DNA from: a virus
Taxonomy: Duplodnaviria; Caudoviricetes
IMG/VR virus record: IMGVR_UViG_3300050116_000283
Span: 1 to 57,800 of that record
DNA: 57,800 bases
Strand: one strand, 5' to 3'
Positions 28,037 through 36,641 of the stretch are shown piece by piece (within the stretch, counting starts at the first letter, position 1; every line of letters begins with the position of its first letter). A program made the position numbers and the translations under genes. Below the pieces are notes generated by a model that saw nothing but the letters and a program-made list of their open reading frames with translations, ran no database searches and was not told the origin of the DNA.

Positions 28037-29758
28037 TTAGCCCCGGTAGAGTCGCGTAGTGGACTGCCAGTTGGTCCCAACGCGCGAGATGCCCGCTACC
28101 AGAAGCTCCTGTACCATCGCGAGGTCCTCGTCCGACAACTCGCAAATCCCAAGTCCTTGGCTGCCGGACCCGCCTCCGCCGGGCTTACTGGTGGGTGTGC
28201 GCTCCTCGGTATTGGCCGGTTGCTCCTGGCCGCGTAGAGTAACGTTACGCGGATCGACGTCCAGGATGATCTCGTATTTGTCCACCAGCTTGTTGAACAA
28301 AGCGATCTGCTGGAGTTGCGTCGTCGGATCGTATCCGTTTTCCAGCACCGCCTCGAACCACGGCTTCCGGCCCATGCGGACGTCTTTCAAAACCGACTCG
28401 GCGTCCTTCACCGGATCGACCGACTCGAACCGCGGCGAGGTCCATTGAACCTGCTTCAGGTTGATCTTCGGATTGTTCACCGCCGCCAGGGGAATTTTGC
28501 CCAACAGAACGAGCGTGTCGATGAACCGCCGCCACACCGGCATGCAGAACAGTGGCATCAACGTAAGCCACCGGTAGTTTTCAATGGTGTTCCGGAAGCC
28601 CAGCATCCCGCCGCGCCAGGACGAATAGTTCACCTGCGACATATCGCCGGTGCCGAGTTCGTAGGGCAGCCCGATGCCGGCCATGATCCCCTGCAACTCG
28701 GTCATCTTATATTCGCGGTAGCCGCCGGCCGGAGGCGGATTGTTGAATTTGATGTCCTGTCCCGGCTTCAGATACTCGACCATGCCCGGCTGGAAGCTTT
28801 CGACGGGATGCCCGCTGAACGGATCGGTCCCGGCAAAGCCCACGGGGTCGCCGTCGACGCCTTCGGGTTGCGTAACGAAGGCTGCAACGCACGCCTCGAC
28901 CTTCTTCCGTACGCGCTCGGCGTCGCAGTAGTCGTCCAGATCTCGGAGTGCCATCATCACCGGCGCCAGCCACGGCACGCCGCGCACTTGGCCGGGCCGG
29001 AGGACGCGATAGACGTGCATGATCTGGTCCGCGGGAACGGGCTGGCTGATGATGCCGCCGCGCGGGTTGAGGATTAGCACGCCGCCCGGGTGATAGCTGA
29101 AAAGCCAGTACGCTACGCGGTGGCCGTCCATGTCGAACTGCACGCCCTCCATCACGTGGCCGTTGACCAAGCCCATCGTTCGGGCTTGGTCCAGGAAGTC
29201 GGCTTCGAGCATCTGAAGCTGCAGCGGTATGCGCAGGCCGGAGTCCACGAGGCGCGGCCGGAACCGGACGATGGCTTCGCCGCTCTCCCCCATCGTCCGG
29301 ACCGCGAGTGTCTGCATGCCATAGAAGTCGAGACGCTGCGGCTCGTCGCACTGGTCGGAGAAGTACGGCCACTCGGCGTCGATGATCGCGTCGATAGGGG
29401 TTGCGCCGGTCTTGGCCATCGGGACGATGCCGGTCCCTACCACGTTGCCGGCCAACTCCTCGATGGCGCGCGCCGCGTACGGATTGTTCCGGATGAGCTC
29501 CCGGCTACGGTTGCGCAACCAGATGAGCGCGCCCATCAACTCGACGTTGGCGTCGGCAGACGAAGCATACCATCCGTGCACGCGCCGACCGGCGGTGGCG
29601 CCTTCGTACGCGAACCGTTGCGCGTGGCGCCGACGGTAGCCGTCGACCAACTCGCCCACCGTGCGCTGGATAACGTAGCGGCCGGAGGACGGAGATCGCG
29701 CGTTCCAGTCGCGGCGCAGCAGCGGGATAGGACGTCGTACTTGGAGATCAGTAGTCAT
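28037..29758 (-). CDS. Portal protein, lambda family
   Basis: YEGA..GRR, LRNRSRELIRNN, RPGQVRGVPWLAP, GDMSQVNYSS.R, VDPVKD motifs. Confidence 0.95.
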   Translation of the reverse strand: MTTDLQVRRPIPLLRRDWNARSPSSGRYVIQRTVGELVDGYRRRHAQRFAYEGATAGRRVHGWYASSADANVELMGALIWLRNRSRELIRNNPYAARAIEELAGNVVGTGIVPMAKTGATPIDAIIDAEWPYFSDQCDEPQRLDFYGMQTLAVRTMGESGEAIVRFRPRLVDSGLRIPLQLQMLEADFLDQARTMGLVNGHVMEGVQFDMDGHRVAYWLFSYHPGGVLILNPRGGIISQPVPADQIMHVYRVLRPGQVRGVPWLAPVMMALRDLDDYCDAERVRKKVEACVAAFVTQPEGVDGDPVGFAGTDPFSGHPVESFQPGMVEYLKPGQDIKFNNPPPAGGYREYKMTELQGIMAGIGLPYELGTGDMSQVNYSSWRGGMLGFRNTIENYRWLTLMPLFCMPVWRRFIDTLVLLGKIPLAAVNNPKINLKQVQWTSPRFESVDPVKDAESVLKDVRMGRKPWFEAVLENGYDPTTQLQQIALFNKLVDKYEIILDVDPRNVTLRGQEQPANTEERTPTSKPGGGGSGSQGLGICELSDEDLAMVQELLVAGISRVGTNWQSTTRLYRG

Positions 29759-30017
29759 CGAATCGCTTCAGCTTGAAACCGGGTTCCAGGATCAGAAAGT
29801 CGAGGCCGTACTTCTCGCGGACCTCGTCGAGCATCGCCTGGAGGTTGGTGTATGACTCCGGCGACACCTCGAAATCGGTTTGGATGATGTAGAGCCCGGA
29901 GGTCTTCAGCTTCGACCGCGTGCGCGGCTCCTTCGCCAGCGCCATGAAGCTTTTCGGGCCGGCGTCGCGCGGCGCCAGATTGAAACACCGCCCGAGCCAT
30001 TCGAGGATCGCCGTCAC
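29748..30017 (-). CDS. Hypothetical protein (89 aa)
   Basis: Overlaps both neighbours (GTGA; 11 nt into the portal gene). Confidence 0.6.
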   Translation of the reverse strand: MTAILEWLGRCFNLAPRDAGPKSFMALAKEPRTRSKLKTSGLYIIQTDFEVSPESYTNLQAMLDEVREKYGLDFLILEPGFKLKRFDDY

Positions 30018-30199
30018 GGCTTCCGCACCTCGATCGTCTCGACGTCCGGCCTATCCGCCGACGCCAGGCGAAGGTCCCGCGCCATCGTCTTGAGGGATGT
30101 GTCGCTGAAGACTGCGTACCGCGATCCCTCCGGTTGGTCCTTGTCCGCGCCTTGCCGCTGCGCGCGTTCGAGCGCTTCCGCTATTTCCGGAATCGTCAT
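30014..30199 (-). CDS. Hypothetical protein (~61 aa)
   Basis: MTIPEIAEALERA..KDQPEGSRY; coupled to the next gene. Confidence 0.55.
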   Translation of the reverse strand: MTIPEIAEALERAQRQGADKDQPEGSRYAVFSDTSLKTMARDLRLASADRPDVETIEVRKP

Positions 30200-30215
30200 C
30201 CTGTTATCGTTATCC

Positions 30216-30869
30216 TCACGCCGCGCCACTGCCCCACATGCTTTTCGGAGCCGGCTCTGCCGCCGGACCGTCCTTCATCTCCATCCCAATGCTGGCGATC
30301 TTGGCGTTCACCGTGTTCGCTTCCTTATAGGCCGCATGAGCTTCCTCCTTCACTTGGCCAAGCTTCTCGATGACGTTTTGGTGATTGGCCTGAGCATCTT
30401 CCCGCGCCCATCGGCGGTCGCGGGACTCGGTGTAACCCTTCCAGAGCAGCCCGGCCAGCACCGCGAGGAAGCCGAATGCCTGCGTGATCATCAACGCTAC
30501 GTTCTGCTCCCGCGCCGTAGTAGCAGCGCCTTGCGCGAGCAGCGCCGCATCCTCTGCAGCCTTGCGCGCCGCCGCACCATTGGCGGTCGCGATGATCTGA
30601 GCGGTGGCGGCATCCGCAGCGGCGTCGGCGGCTGCTACTGCAATGGTGGCTGCATCGTTCTTCCCGGCACGGGCCGCCGTAGCCGCCTTGACCACGGCGG
30701 CGGCGTTCGCTTTCGCCAACTCCTGGGCCAGTTGGTCGGCCGCCCGAGTGGAAGCGTCCAACGCCGCGTGCGCCATATCGAGTTGCGCCTGCAGGGCCTT
30801 CTCTTTCGCCGACTGGCCGAAGAGAGCACCCGACAGCGCTACGACCAATAGGAGTTTGGTAACCGTCAT
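30216..30869 (-). CDS. Signal-peptide, coiled-coil, single-pass membrane protein
   Basis: MTVTKLLLVVALSGALFG|Q; Ala-rich helix; TM ITQAFGFLAVLAGLLW; SD GGAGG. Confidence 0.7.
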   Translation of the reverse strand: MTVTKLLLVVALSGALFGQSAKEKALQAQLDMAHAALDASTRAADQLAQELAKANAAAVVKAATAARAGKNDAATIAVAAADAAADAATAQIIATANGAAARKAAEDAALLAQGAATTAREQNVALMITQAFGFLAVLAGLLWKGYTESRDRRWAREDAQANHQNVIEKLGQVKEEAHAAYKEANTVNAKIASIGMEMKDGPAAEPAPKSMWGSGAA

Positions 30870-30872
30870 AAA

Positions 30873-31121
30873 CTACCTCCACCTCTCCGGGCCCGAAGGA
30901 CCGTCGCCGCGATTGTGCTGCGCCAACCGGACGCGCCCGCCAGTCGCCCCGCTCATCTCCCGAATGTCCTCTTCGATCTCCGCCTTCGCCTTGCGCAACT
31001 CGTCGATGGTCCGGTACTGCACCTCGCGCCCGTCCGGAAAGCGCACGCGCAGGGTCGGATCGCCAATCGCGGTATTGATGGCGTCCCGGTTCGCCTGCAA
31101 CTGCACCAGCGTTAAAGCCAT
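30873..31121 (-). CDS. Head-tail joining protein (gpW-like)
   Basis: 82 aa; LRVRFPDGREVQYRTIDELRKA typical of gpW-like proteins upstream of a lambda portal. Confidence 0.8.
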   Translation of the reverse strand: MALTLVQLQANRDAINTAIGDPTLRVRFPDGREVQYRTIDELRKAKAEIEEDIREMSGATGGRVRLAQHNRGDGPSGPERWR

Positions 31122-31189
31122 GCGAGGACTCCGGCATTCGCCCTACCTTCGGGTCGAATATCTTTTTCTCGGAAATCTGCGGATTCCGC

Positions 31190-31221
31190 TTGATGTCCGA
31201 ACGAACAAGAGTGATGAATCG
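31190..31221 (+). promoter_or_regulatory. Conserved promoter motif, copy 1
   Basis: TTGATG at 31190 and GAGTGATGAATCG at 31209-31221; same spacing in copy 2. Confidence 0.6.
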
Positions 31222-31265
31222 AGGTGCCAGAAAACAGCAGCACCAAAAAGGAAACGGACACCAAC

Positions 31266-31892
31266 ATGAAACTCTTTTCGATAGACGCCGACAACACCAT
31301 CACGACCTTCGCCGCCGCCGAGCAGATCCCCGAAGGACAAGAGCACTTCGCCACCGAGAAGGAGTTGGCCGCCACCGCCGCCAACTGGCCCGCCGACCGC
31401 TTGGTCCAGGTGTGGAACAGCTTCGCAGGTGTCGCCGGGTTCGGCGCGGACCTGAAGCCGGTCAAGAAGTTCACGAACCGCAAGAGCGCCGTTGCGCGGA
31501 TCTTCAAAGCCATCCAAAAGCTGGACGGCGCGCCCGAAGCCACCCCGGAAGCAGCGTCCGCAGGCGCTCCCGCCAAGGCCCCCAAAGCCGCGAAGAGCGC
31601 GCGGAAAGCCGCCAAGGCCGCGCCCGCGACGGCCAAGGCCAGCAAGACTACCAAGGCCGCCAAGAAGCCCGCCAACGCCACCCTGCCGCGCGAGTTCAGC
31701 AAGAAGGCCATCGTCCTCGACATGCTGCGCGCCAAGGACGGCGCGACCATGGCCGCCATCGCCAAGGAGACCGGCTGGCAGAACCACACCATCCGGGGAT
31801 TTATCAGCGGAACCCTTACCAAGAAGATGGGGCTGGCCATCGAGAGCACCAAAAGCGAATCCGGTGACCGGACGTACAAGATCGCGAAATAG
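31266..31892 (+). CDS. DUF3489-domain wHTH protein with histone H1-like Ala/Lys/Pro linker
   Basis: C-terminal SKKAIVLDMLR..GAT.AAIAKETGWQNHTIRGFISG..KKMGL..S.K..RTYKI; AKAPKAAK-rich middle. Confidence 0.88.
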   Translation: MKLFSIDADNTITTFAAAEQIPEGQEHFATEKELAATAANWPADRLVQVWNSFAGVAGFGADLKPVKKFTNRKSAVARIFKAIQKLDGAPEATPEAASAGAPAKAPKAAKSARKAAKAAPATAKASKTTKAAKKPANATLPREFSKKAIVLDMLRAKDGATMAAIAKETGWQNHTIRGFISGTLTKKMGLAIESTKSESGDRTYKIAK

Positions 31893-31918
31893 GCCAACGG
31901 TCAGCAGCAGGCCTTCAG

Positions 31919-31946
31919 AAGCCGCCCCGGAAGGGGCGGCTTTTTT
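31919..31946 (+). terminator. Rho-independent terminator
   Basis: AAGCCGCCCC-GGAA-GGGGCGGC followed by TTTTTT. Confidence 0.85.
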
Positions 31947-32120
31947 ACGGTCATTCGCCAGTACGACGCCGACCCGTACGTGGCTGCGTCTGCGCCCGTT
32001 GCCGCGGGGGCGGCCCACGTTGCGCCCGCGCGAACATGCTGGACGTGTCGCGCCATCCGGATTGCCGGACGCGCCCCGTGCGCCAGGAACGAAGGATCGT
32101 GCCCTCCGCGAATTATCTGG

Positions 32121-32152
32121 TTGCGTTCCGGGGCGACCCGAGTGATGAATCG
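32121..32152 (+). promoter_or_regulatory. Conserved promoter motif, copy 2
   Basis: TTGCGT at 32121 and GAGTGATGAATCG at 32140-32152. Confidence 0.6.
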
Positions 32153-32172
32153 TCATGCAAGGAGAAAGCAGC

Positions 32173-32481
32173 ATGGTACGGAACAGAAAACAACAGACCA
32201 GAACGAACGCCACGCCGGGATTCGGATGTGAGATCAAGGACGACACGGAACTGGGCATCGCGACGCTGATCGCGGAAGACGAAGAAGGCCACTACCTCCC
32301 GATAGGAAGCGTCGTAAGCATCAACGAAGGCCGCGAGATAGCCCTGGACGATCTGCGTTGCCGGATGCGCCTACTCGAACGCGGCACGGACCCCGGCTTC
32401 TGCCCGTACTGCTATAGGATCTGGGCCAGAGGGCTCGATGGCTTCCAGGTCGCCGCCACTATACTCGCCATCGAAGTGTAG
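32173..32481 (+). CDS. Hypothetical protein (~102 aa)
   Basis: SD AAGGAG before ATG 32173 (alternative start 32155); flanked by promoter motif and terminator. Confidence 0.65.
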   Translation: MVRNRKQQTRTNATPGFGCEIKDDTELGIATLIAEDEEGHYLPIGSVVSINEGREIALDDLRCRMRLLERGTDPGFCPYCYRIWARGLDGFQVAATILAIEV

Positions 32482-32501
32482 ACCAGCATCCTTCCCGACG
32501 A

Positions 32502-32529
32502 CGCCGCCAGGACGCGAAGTCCGGCGGCG
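32502..32529. terminator. Hairpin between convergent genes (probable terminator)
   Basis: CGCCGCC-A-GGAC-GCGAA-GTCC-GGCGGCG then GTTCTTCGTTT. Confidence 0.55.
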
Positions 32530-32538
32530 GTTCTTCGT

Positions 32539-33801
32539 TTATGCCGCAACCCCCGCCACTCTCGAAGCGGAGACGGCTGCGAACGTTTCTCCGGTGGATT
32601 CGAGTATTGCTGGCTTACCTGAGAATTCCATGAACCTTCTGCAAATCACATCGCAGTAGCGCGGATCGATTTCGAGGACGCGCGCCTGGCGGCCGGACTT
32701 CTCGCACGCGATGAGCGTGGTTCCGCTGCCGGCGAATGTGTCCAGGATGGTGTCGCGCGTCTTGCTGCTGTTACGAATCGCGCGCTCGACCAACTCCACC
32801 GGTTTCATCGTCGGATGAACGTCGTTGGCATTCGGCCTTTTGATGAACCACACGTCGCCCTGGTCGCGGGCTCCGCACCAAAAGTGATTCGTGCCCTCCC
32901 GCCAGCCGTAGAGAATTGGTTCGTACTGACGCTGATAATCGGACCGCCCCAACGTGAAGGTGTTCTTCGCCCAGATAACAAACGTGGACCAGTGCCCGCC
33001 TGTTTCGACGAAGACCCGCTGCAAAGTGTGTAACTGCGATGAGGACATGCAGATGTACATCGCACCCTTGGTCACCGCCAGGAGACTGGCGCATGCGTCC
33101 CGCAAGAACTGCTCAAAGCCATCGCCCAGGTTGTCGTTCTTAATCGTCAGCTTCTCTGCTGTCTTCCCTGTATAGGACACCGAGTAAGGCGGGTCGGTAA
33201 AGCACATATCGGCGAGCCCACCAGCCAGCAACTTCTCCACGTCCGCGAGAACCGTCGCGTCGCCGCACAGGAGTCGATGCGCGCCCATCACCCACACGTC
33301 ACCGGCGACCGTAATCGCAGTCTCCTCCGCGGCCGGAGCTGCATCATCGTCGGTAAGCCCGGAGCTTGTCTGCTCCGGATCAACCAGGAGGACATTCAAC
33401 TCGTCGTCCGTGAATCCGACGATATCCAGGTTGAAGTTGTCGTCCTTCAACGCTTGGAGCTCGTTCGCCAGCATCTCCTCATCCCATCCGGCGTTGAGCG
33501 CCAGCTTGTTGTCTGCCAGCACCAGGGCACGCCGCTGGGTCTCGGTAAGATGGTCAAGAACGATGACTGGCACCTCGGCGATGCCGAGTTTGCGTGCCGC
33601 CGCCAGCCGCGCGTGGCCGGCGATGATGATGTTGCCGCCGCCGACCAGGATCGGGTTCGTCCAGCCGAACTCGCGGATGCTGGCGGCGACCTGCGCCACT
33701 TGCTCGTCGGAGTGCGTTCGCGAATTCCTCGCGTACGGAAGGAGACGTTCCACCGGCCAGATCTGCACCGCGAGAGTGCGCAGGCGTTCTAAGATGTCCA
33801 T
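32539..33801 (-). CDS. ParB/Srx-N-terminal DNA methyltransferase, beta class, DPPY (likely m6A)
   Basis: N-terminal IIAGHARL ParB domain; FTDPPY precedes HPTMKP and LDTFAGSGTT. Confidence 0.92.
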   Translation of the reverse strand: MDILERLRTLAVQIWPVERLLPYARNSRTHSDEQVAQVAASIREFGWTNPILVGGGNIIIAGHARLAAARKLGIAEVPVIVLDHLTETQRRALVLADNKLALNAGWDEEMLANELQALKDDNFNLDIVGFTDDELNVLLVDPEQTSSGLTDDDAAPAAEETAITVAGDVWVMGAHRLLCGDATVLADVEKLLAGGLADMCFTDPPYSVSYTGKTAEKLTIKNDNLGDGFEQFLRDACASLLAVTKGAMYICMSSSQLHTLQRVFVETGGHWSTFVIWAKNTFTLGRSDYQRQYEPILYGWREGTNHFWCGARDQGDVWFIKRPNANDVHPTMKPVELVERAIRNSSKTRDTILDTFAGSGTTLIACEKSGRQARVLEIDPRYCDVICRRFMEFSGKPAILESTGETFAAVSASRVAGVAA

Positions 33802-33805
33802 GGCT

Positions 33806-34024
33806 TCAACACTCCTCCCGTTGGCGCGTCGGGATATCCGGGTGCGTCACCACAATGGCCGGCAACTCGTCTACGCCGCACTCCCGCTCCACCGCCAGGC
33901 GAGCGTGGCCATTGACGACCATGCCCTTGGATGTGACGATGGGACCAGCTATAAGGTCATTACGGATGGCTGGAATCTTTGCTCTGCCCATCGAAGCTCT
34001 ACGAGGCCTTTCGCTTCGGGCCAT
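33806..34024 (-). CDS. Mini ParB/Srx-like protein or remnant
   Basis: PIVTSKGMVVNGHARL..GVDELPAIVV matches the ParB core; start uncertain. Confidence 0.5.
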   Translation of the reverse strand: MARSERPRRASMGRAKIPAIRNDLIAGPIVTSKGMVVNGHARLAVERECGVDELPAIVVTHPDIPTRQREEC

Positions 34025-35576
34025 AAAAAGGATTCGGCCCGTTGTGCTTGATGGCGCGCGAATCCTGATCCCTGGGGTTCAATGCCTGCTCGACCGGCAC
34101 GCCGCGCGTCTCCGCGACCGCACCGAATGGCTGGTCAGTGTCCGCGAGCACCGGCATCTCCGCTCCCAGGTTCACCATGCGCCGGAGAATCACGTCACAG
34201 TAGGCCGGCGATAACTCGCAGCCGTAGCCGGCGCGTTCAAGGAGGTGCGCTGCCGCCATCGTTGTTCCCGACCCCATGAACGGGTCGTACACAATGTCAC
34301 CGGGGTCGGAGAAGGCAAACAGGAAGAACTCGACCAGCGCGCGCGGGAACGGCGCGGAGTGCGATCCCTGGCTCGACTCCGACTTCACCTCGATCACGTT
34401 TGACGGACGCGCCACGCCGGTGTGCCGACCCTCGGGATTGGTGGCCGCGCTCAAGTTCTTACGTGTGCGCTGCCACGAATCCTGCATATACCCGGAATCC
34501 GCGGCCGCCCCACGCTTGCCGGTGCCTAACAGCCCGCTGCCGGACGTCGACTTCGGATTGTTCGGGCTGTAGTCGAAGCAGTCCTCGGACGCGTGACCGA
34601 CCCGCTTCGGGCGGAATTTGATTTTCTGCTGGCGGCAGAAATGGAAGACCGGCTCCCAGGCATTCTTGAAACGATTCCCCCACCCGCCAGGAACGCCGTT
34701 ATCGGTCTTGCGCCAGCAGAACTCGTCCACGAAGCGCCAGCCCCAGTGTCGACGATGGGCAATCACCAGATCCTTTACGTAGAGGCTTCGCTCCCCGTCG
34801 TCGGCATGCTCCTTGATGTTAAGAAAGTAGGAACCGTCGTCCGCGAGGATGGCGGCGATGTTGGCTGCAATGTCTCGGAACCACTCGGCATATTCATCCG
34901 GCGGGATCGGCCGGAAGCCGCTCGAGGAGTCGTACTCACGCTGTGCAGCGTACGGCGGCGATGTAATGCAGACCGCCGCTCGCGCATTGGGCGGGAATAA
35001 TATTCCCAGACTATTCTGATCGCGGCAGTCACCGCACACCAGACGATGGTTTCCAATCAGCCATAGATCGCCAGGCCGGGTAACCGCCAGTAGTGGTGGC
35101 TCCGGAACCTCCTCGGCCGCCTCCGGAGCAGTCTCCGGTTCCTCGGGCATGGCCAGCAGCGCATCGAGCTCGTCACCGGAAAAGCCGGCAAGATCGAGGT
35201 CGAAGCCATCGGTCTGCAGAGCGCGCACCTCGTCCGCCAGCATTGCGTCGTCCCACCCGGCGTTGAGTGCGATTTTGTTGTCCGCCAGGATGTACGCCCG
35301 GCGTTGGGTCTCGTTGAGGTGGTCCAGTACAACTACCGGTACATCAACGAGGCCAAGCTTCCGGGCGGCCAGGAGACGTCCATGGCCAGCAATGATTCCT
35401 GAGTTGCTGTCCACCAGGATCGGGTTGACGAATCCGAACTCGACGATGGACGCCGCAATCTGTGCCACCTGCTCCGGCGAATGCGTTCTGGCGTTGTGCG
35501 CGTACAGCACCAATCGCGACGTTGGCCAGAGCTCGATGCGTCTTGCCATGGCTGGCGTGATGGCGGTGGCTGTCAT
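33999..35576 (-). CDS. ParB/Srx-N-terminal DNA methyltransferase, beta class, SPPY (likely m4C)
   Basis: IIAGHGRL ParB domain; ITSPPY, HSAPFP, YDPFMGSGTT. Confidence 0.92.
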   Translation of the reverse strand: MTATAITPAMARRIELWPTSRLVLYAHNARTHSPEQVAQIAASIVEFGFVNPILVDSNSGIIAGHGRLLAARKLGLVDVPVVVLDHLNETQRRAYILADNKIALNAGWDDAMLADEVRALQTDGFDLDLAGFSGDELDALLAMPEEPETAPEAAEEVPEPPLLAVTRPGDLWLIGNHRLVCGDCRDQNSLGILFPPNARAAVCITSPPYAAQREYDSSSGFRPIPPDEYAEWFRDIAANIAAILADDGSYFLNIKEHADDGERSLYVKDLVIAHRRHWGWRFVDEFCWRKTDNGVPGGWGNRFKNAWEPVFHFCRQQKIKFRPKRVGHASEDCFDYSPNNPKSTSGSGLLGTGKRGAAADSGYMQDSWQRTRKNLSAATNPEGRHTGVARPSNVIEVKSESSQGSHSAPFPRALVEFFLFAFSDPGDIVYDPFMGSGTTMAAAHLLERAGYGCELSPAYCDVILRRMVNLGAEMPVLADTDQPFGAVAETRGVPVEQALNPRDQDSRAIKHNGPNPFYGPKRKAS

Positions 35577-35587
35577 GGAGTGGAACC

Positions 35588-35662
35588 TGATTGCGGGCCG
35601 GGGAGTTGAACCCCGTCCTCCGGATTATGAGACCGGCGAATTAGCCGCTTTTCCTGCCCGCG
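35588..35662 (-). tRNA. tRNA-Met(CAT), initiator-like, atypical/degenerate
   Basis: CGCGGGC/GCCCGCA acceptor with C1:A72 mismatch; anticodon arm CCGGT-CTCATAA-TCCGG; T arm CGGGG-TTCAACT-CCCCG; A at position 8; 3' end ATCA. Confidence 0.75.
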
Positions 35663-35724
35663 TCAAGAACCAGGAACCGCCTCCGGTGGATCGCCGGAAG
35701 TGGTTTAAAACACTGCTCGCCGGA

Positions 35725-36063
35725 TTACGAGCCGCTGCCCGAACCGGAACCGTTGCCCGATGCAGGGGGCACCGGCGCCAGCGCGATATTAATCTGGAAC
35801 GACACCACCGTGCCGGCCACTACGTCCACCGTCGTGGTCTCGGTCACGCCGTCGCCAACGACCGTAATCACTACGCTCCCGGTCTTCTGCGCGACGCCGG
35901 TGGCGCTCATCCCATCTGCCGCCCCGGTGAGAGTCAGGATCGTCGAATCCGAGGTGGAGTACACCGGTGGATTCTGAAATGTCGCGGGATTGCCGGACGC
36001 GTCGACCACACTGGTCAACGTGACCAAGAGGTCGCTGTTAACTGCAAAATTATTCCCTGCCAT
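35725..36063 (-). CDS. Small Ig-like (Big_2-type) domain protein
   Basis: MAGNNF..VVDASGNP..YSTSDSTILTL..A.GV..GSVVITV; strong purine-rich SD before ATG 36063. Confidence 0.68.
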   Translation of the reverse strand: MAGNNFAVNSDLLVTLTSVVDASGNPATFQNPPVYSTSDSTILTLTGAADGMSATGVAQKTGSVVITVVGDGVTETTTVDVVAGTVVSFQINIALAPVPPASGNGSGSGSGS

Positions 36064-36287
36064 CTTCTTTTCCTTTCCTTTTGCGCGTAACGCGCGGACT
36101 GCAATTCGAAACCGTGCTACCCTCGGCCGCCGGGGTTTCCGTCCTCCCCGAACCAACCGATCGGCAGCGCTCATAAAGTCTCTTTGTCGACCGCGTGGCA
36201 CCCACACCGAATTCCGGGTCCATCGCGAGACTGCGGATCGCCGGGTGCCGCGCGGCATGATGCCACCCAGCATCAATTTCGGCGTTC

Positions 36288-36641
36288 TCACCGGAACCAG
36301 TGCCGTCGCGACGGCACCCACTGTGGCCGCGACTGATGCCGGTCGCGATCGTGGTACCACGGGTCGTCGGGATGGTGCCCCCACCCGGCATCCTTCCACT
36401 GCGTCGCGCCCTGCGCGGATGGTTGCTGCTCCGGGTGTTTCAGGGTCGCGTCCGTAACCACACCACGGAGTGTTGGCGCCACCAACGGCTGCGCCCGCGT
36501 CGCCGCCTTCGAACTGCACACGGGACAGCATCGCGGGCAGAAACTTCCCGAATGGAACACCGGCTGATGCATCTTCTCCGCGCGACCGCCGCACATCCGG
36601 CACGCGGCATTTGCGATTGCCGATTGAACGCAGTGTCCCAT
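36288..36641 (-). CDS. Cys-rich (Zn-finger-like) hypothetical protein
   Basis: CRMC...FCPRCCPVC; TGATG coupling to the terL stop; Trp-rich C-terminus. Confidence 0.55.
   Translation of the reverse strand: MGHCVQSAIANAACRMCGGRAEKMHQPVFHSGSFCPRCCPVCSSKAATRAQPLVAPTLRGVVTDATLKHPEQQPSAQGATQWKDAGWGHHPDDPWYHDRDRHQSRPQWVPSRRHWFR

Noticed and set aside
35588-35662. tRNA as attachment site or with a trailing theta/HDV-like ribozyme
   Set aside because: Internal to the late operon, no duplicated 3' fragment noticed, and only 11 nt separate it from the next ATG
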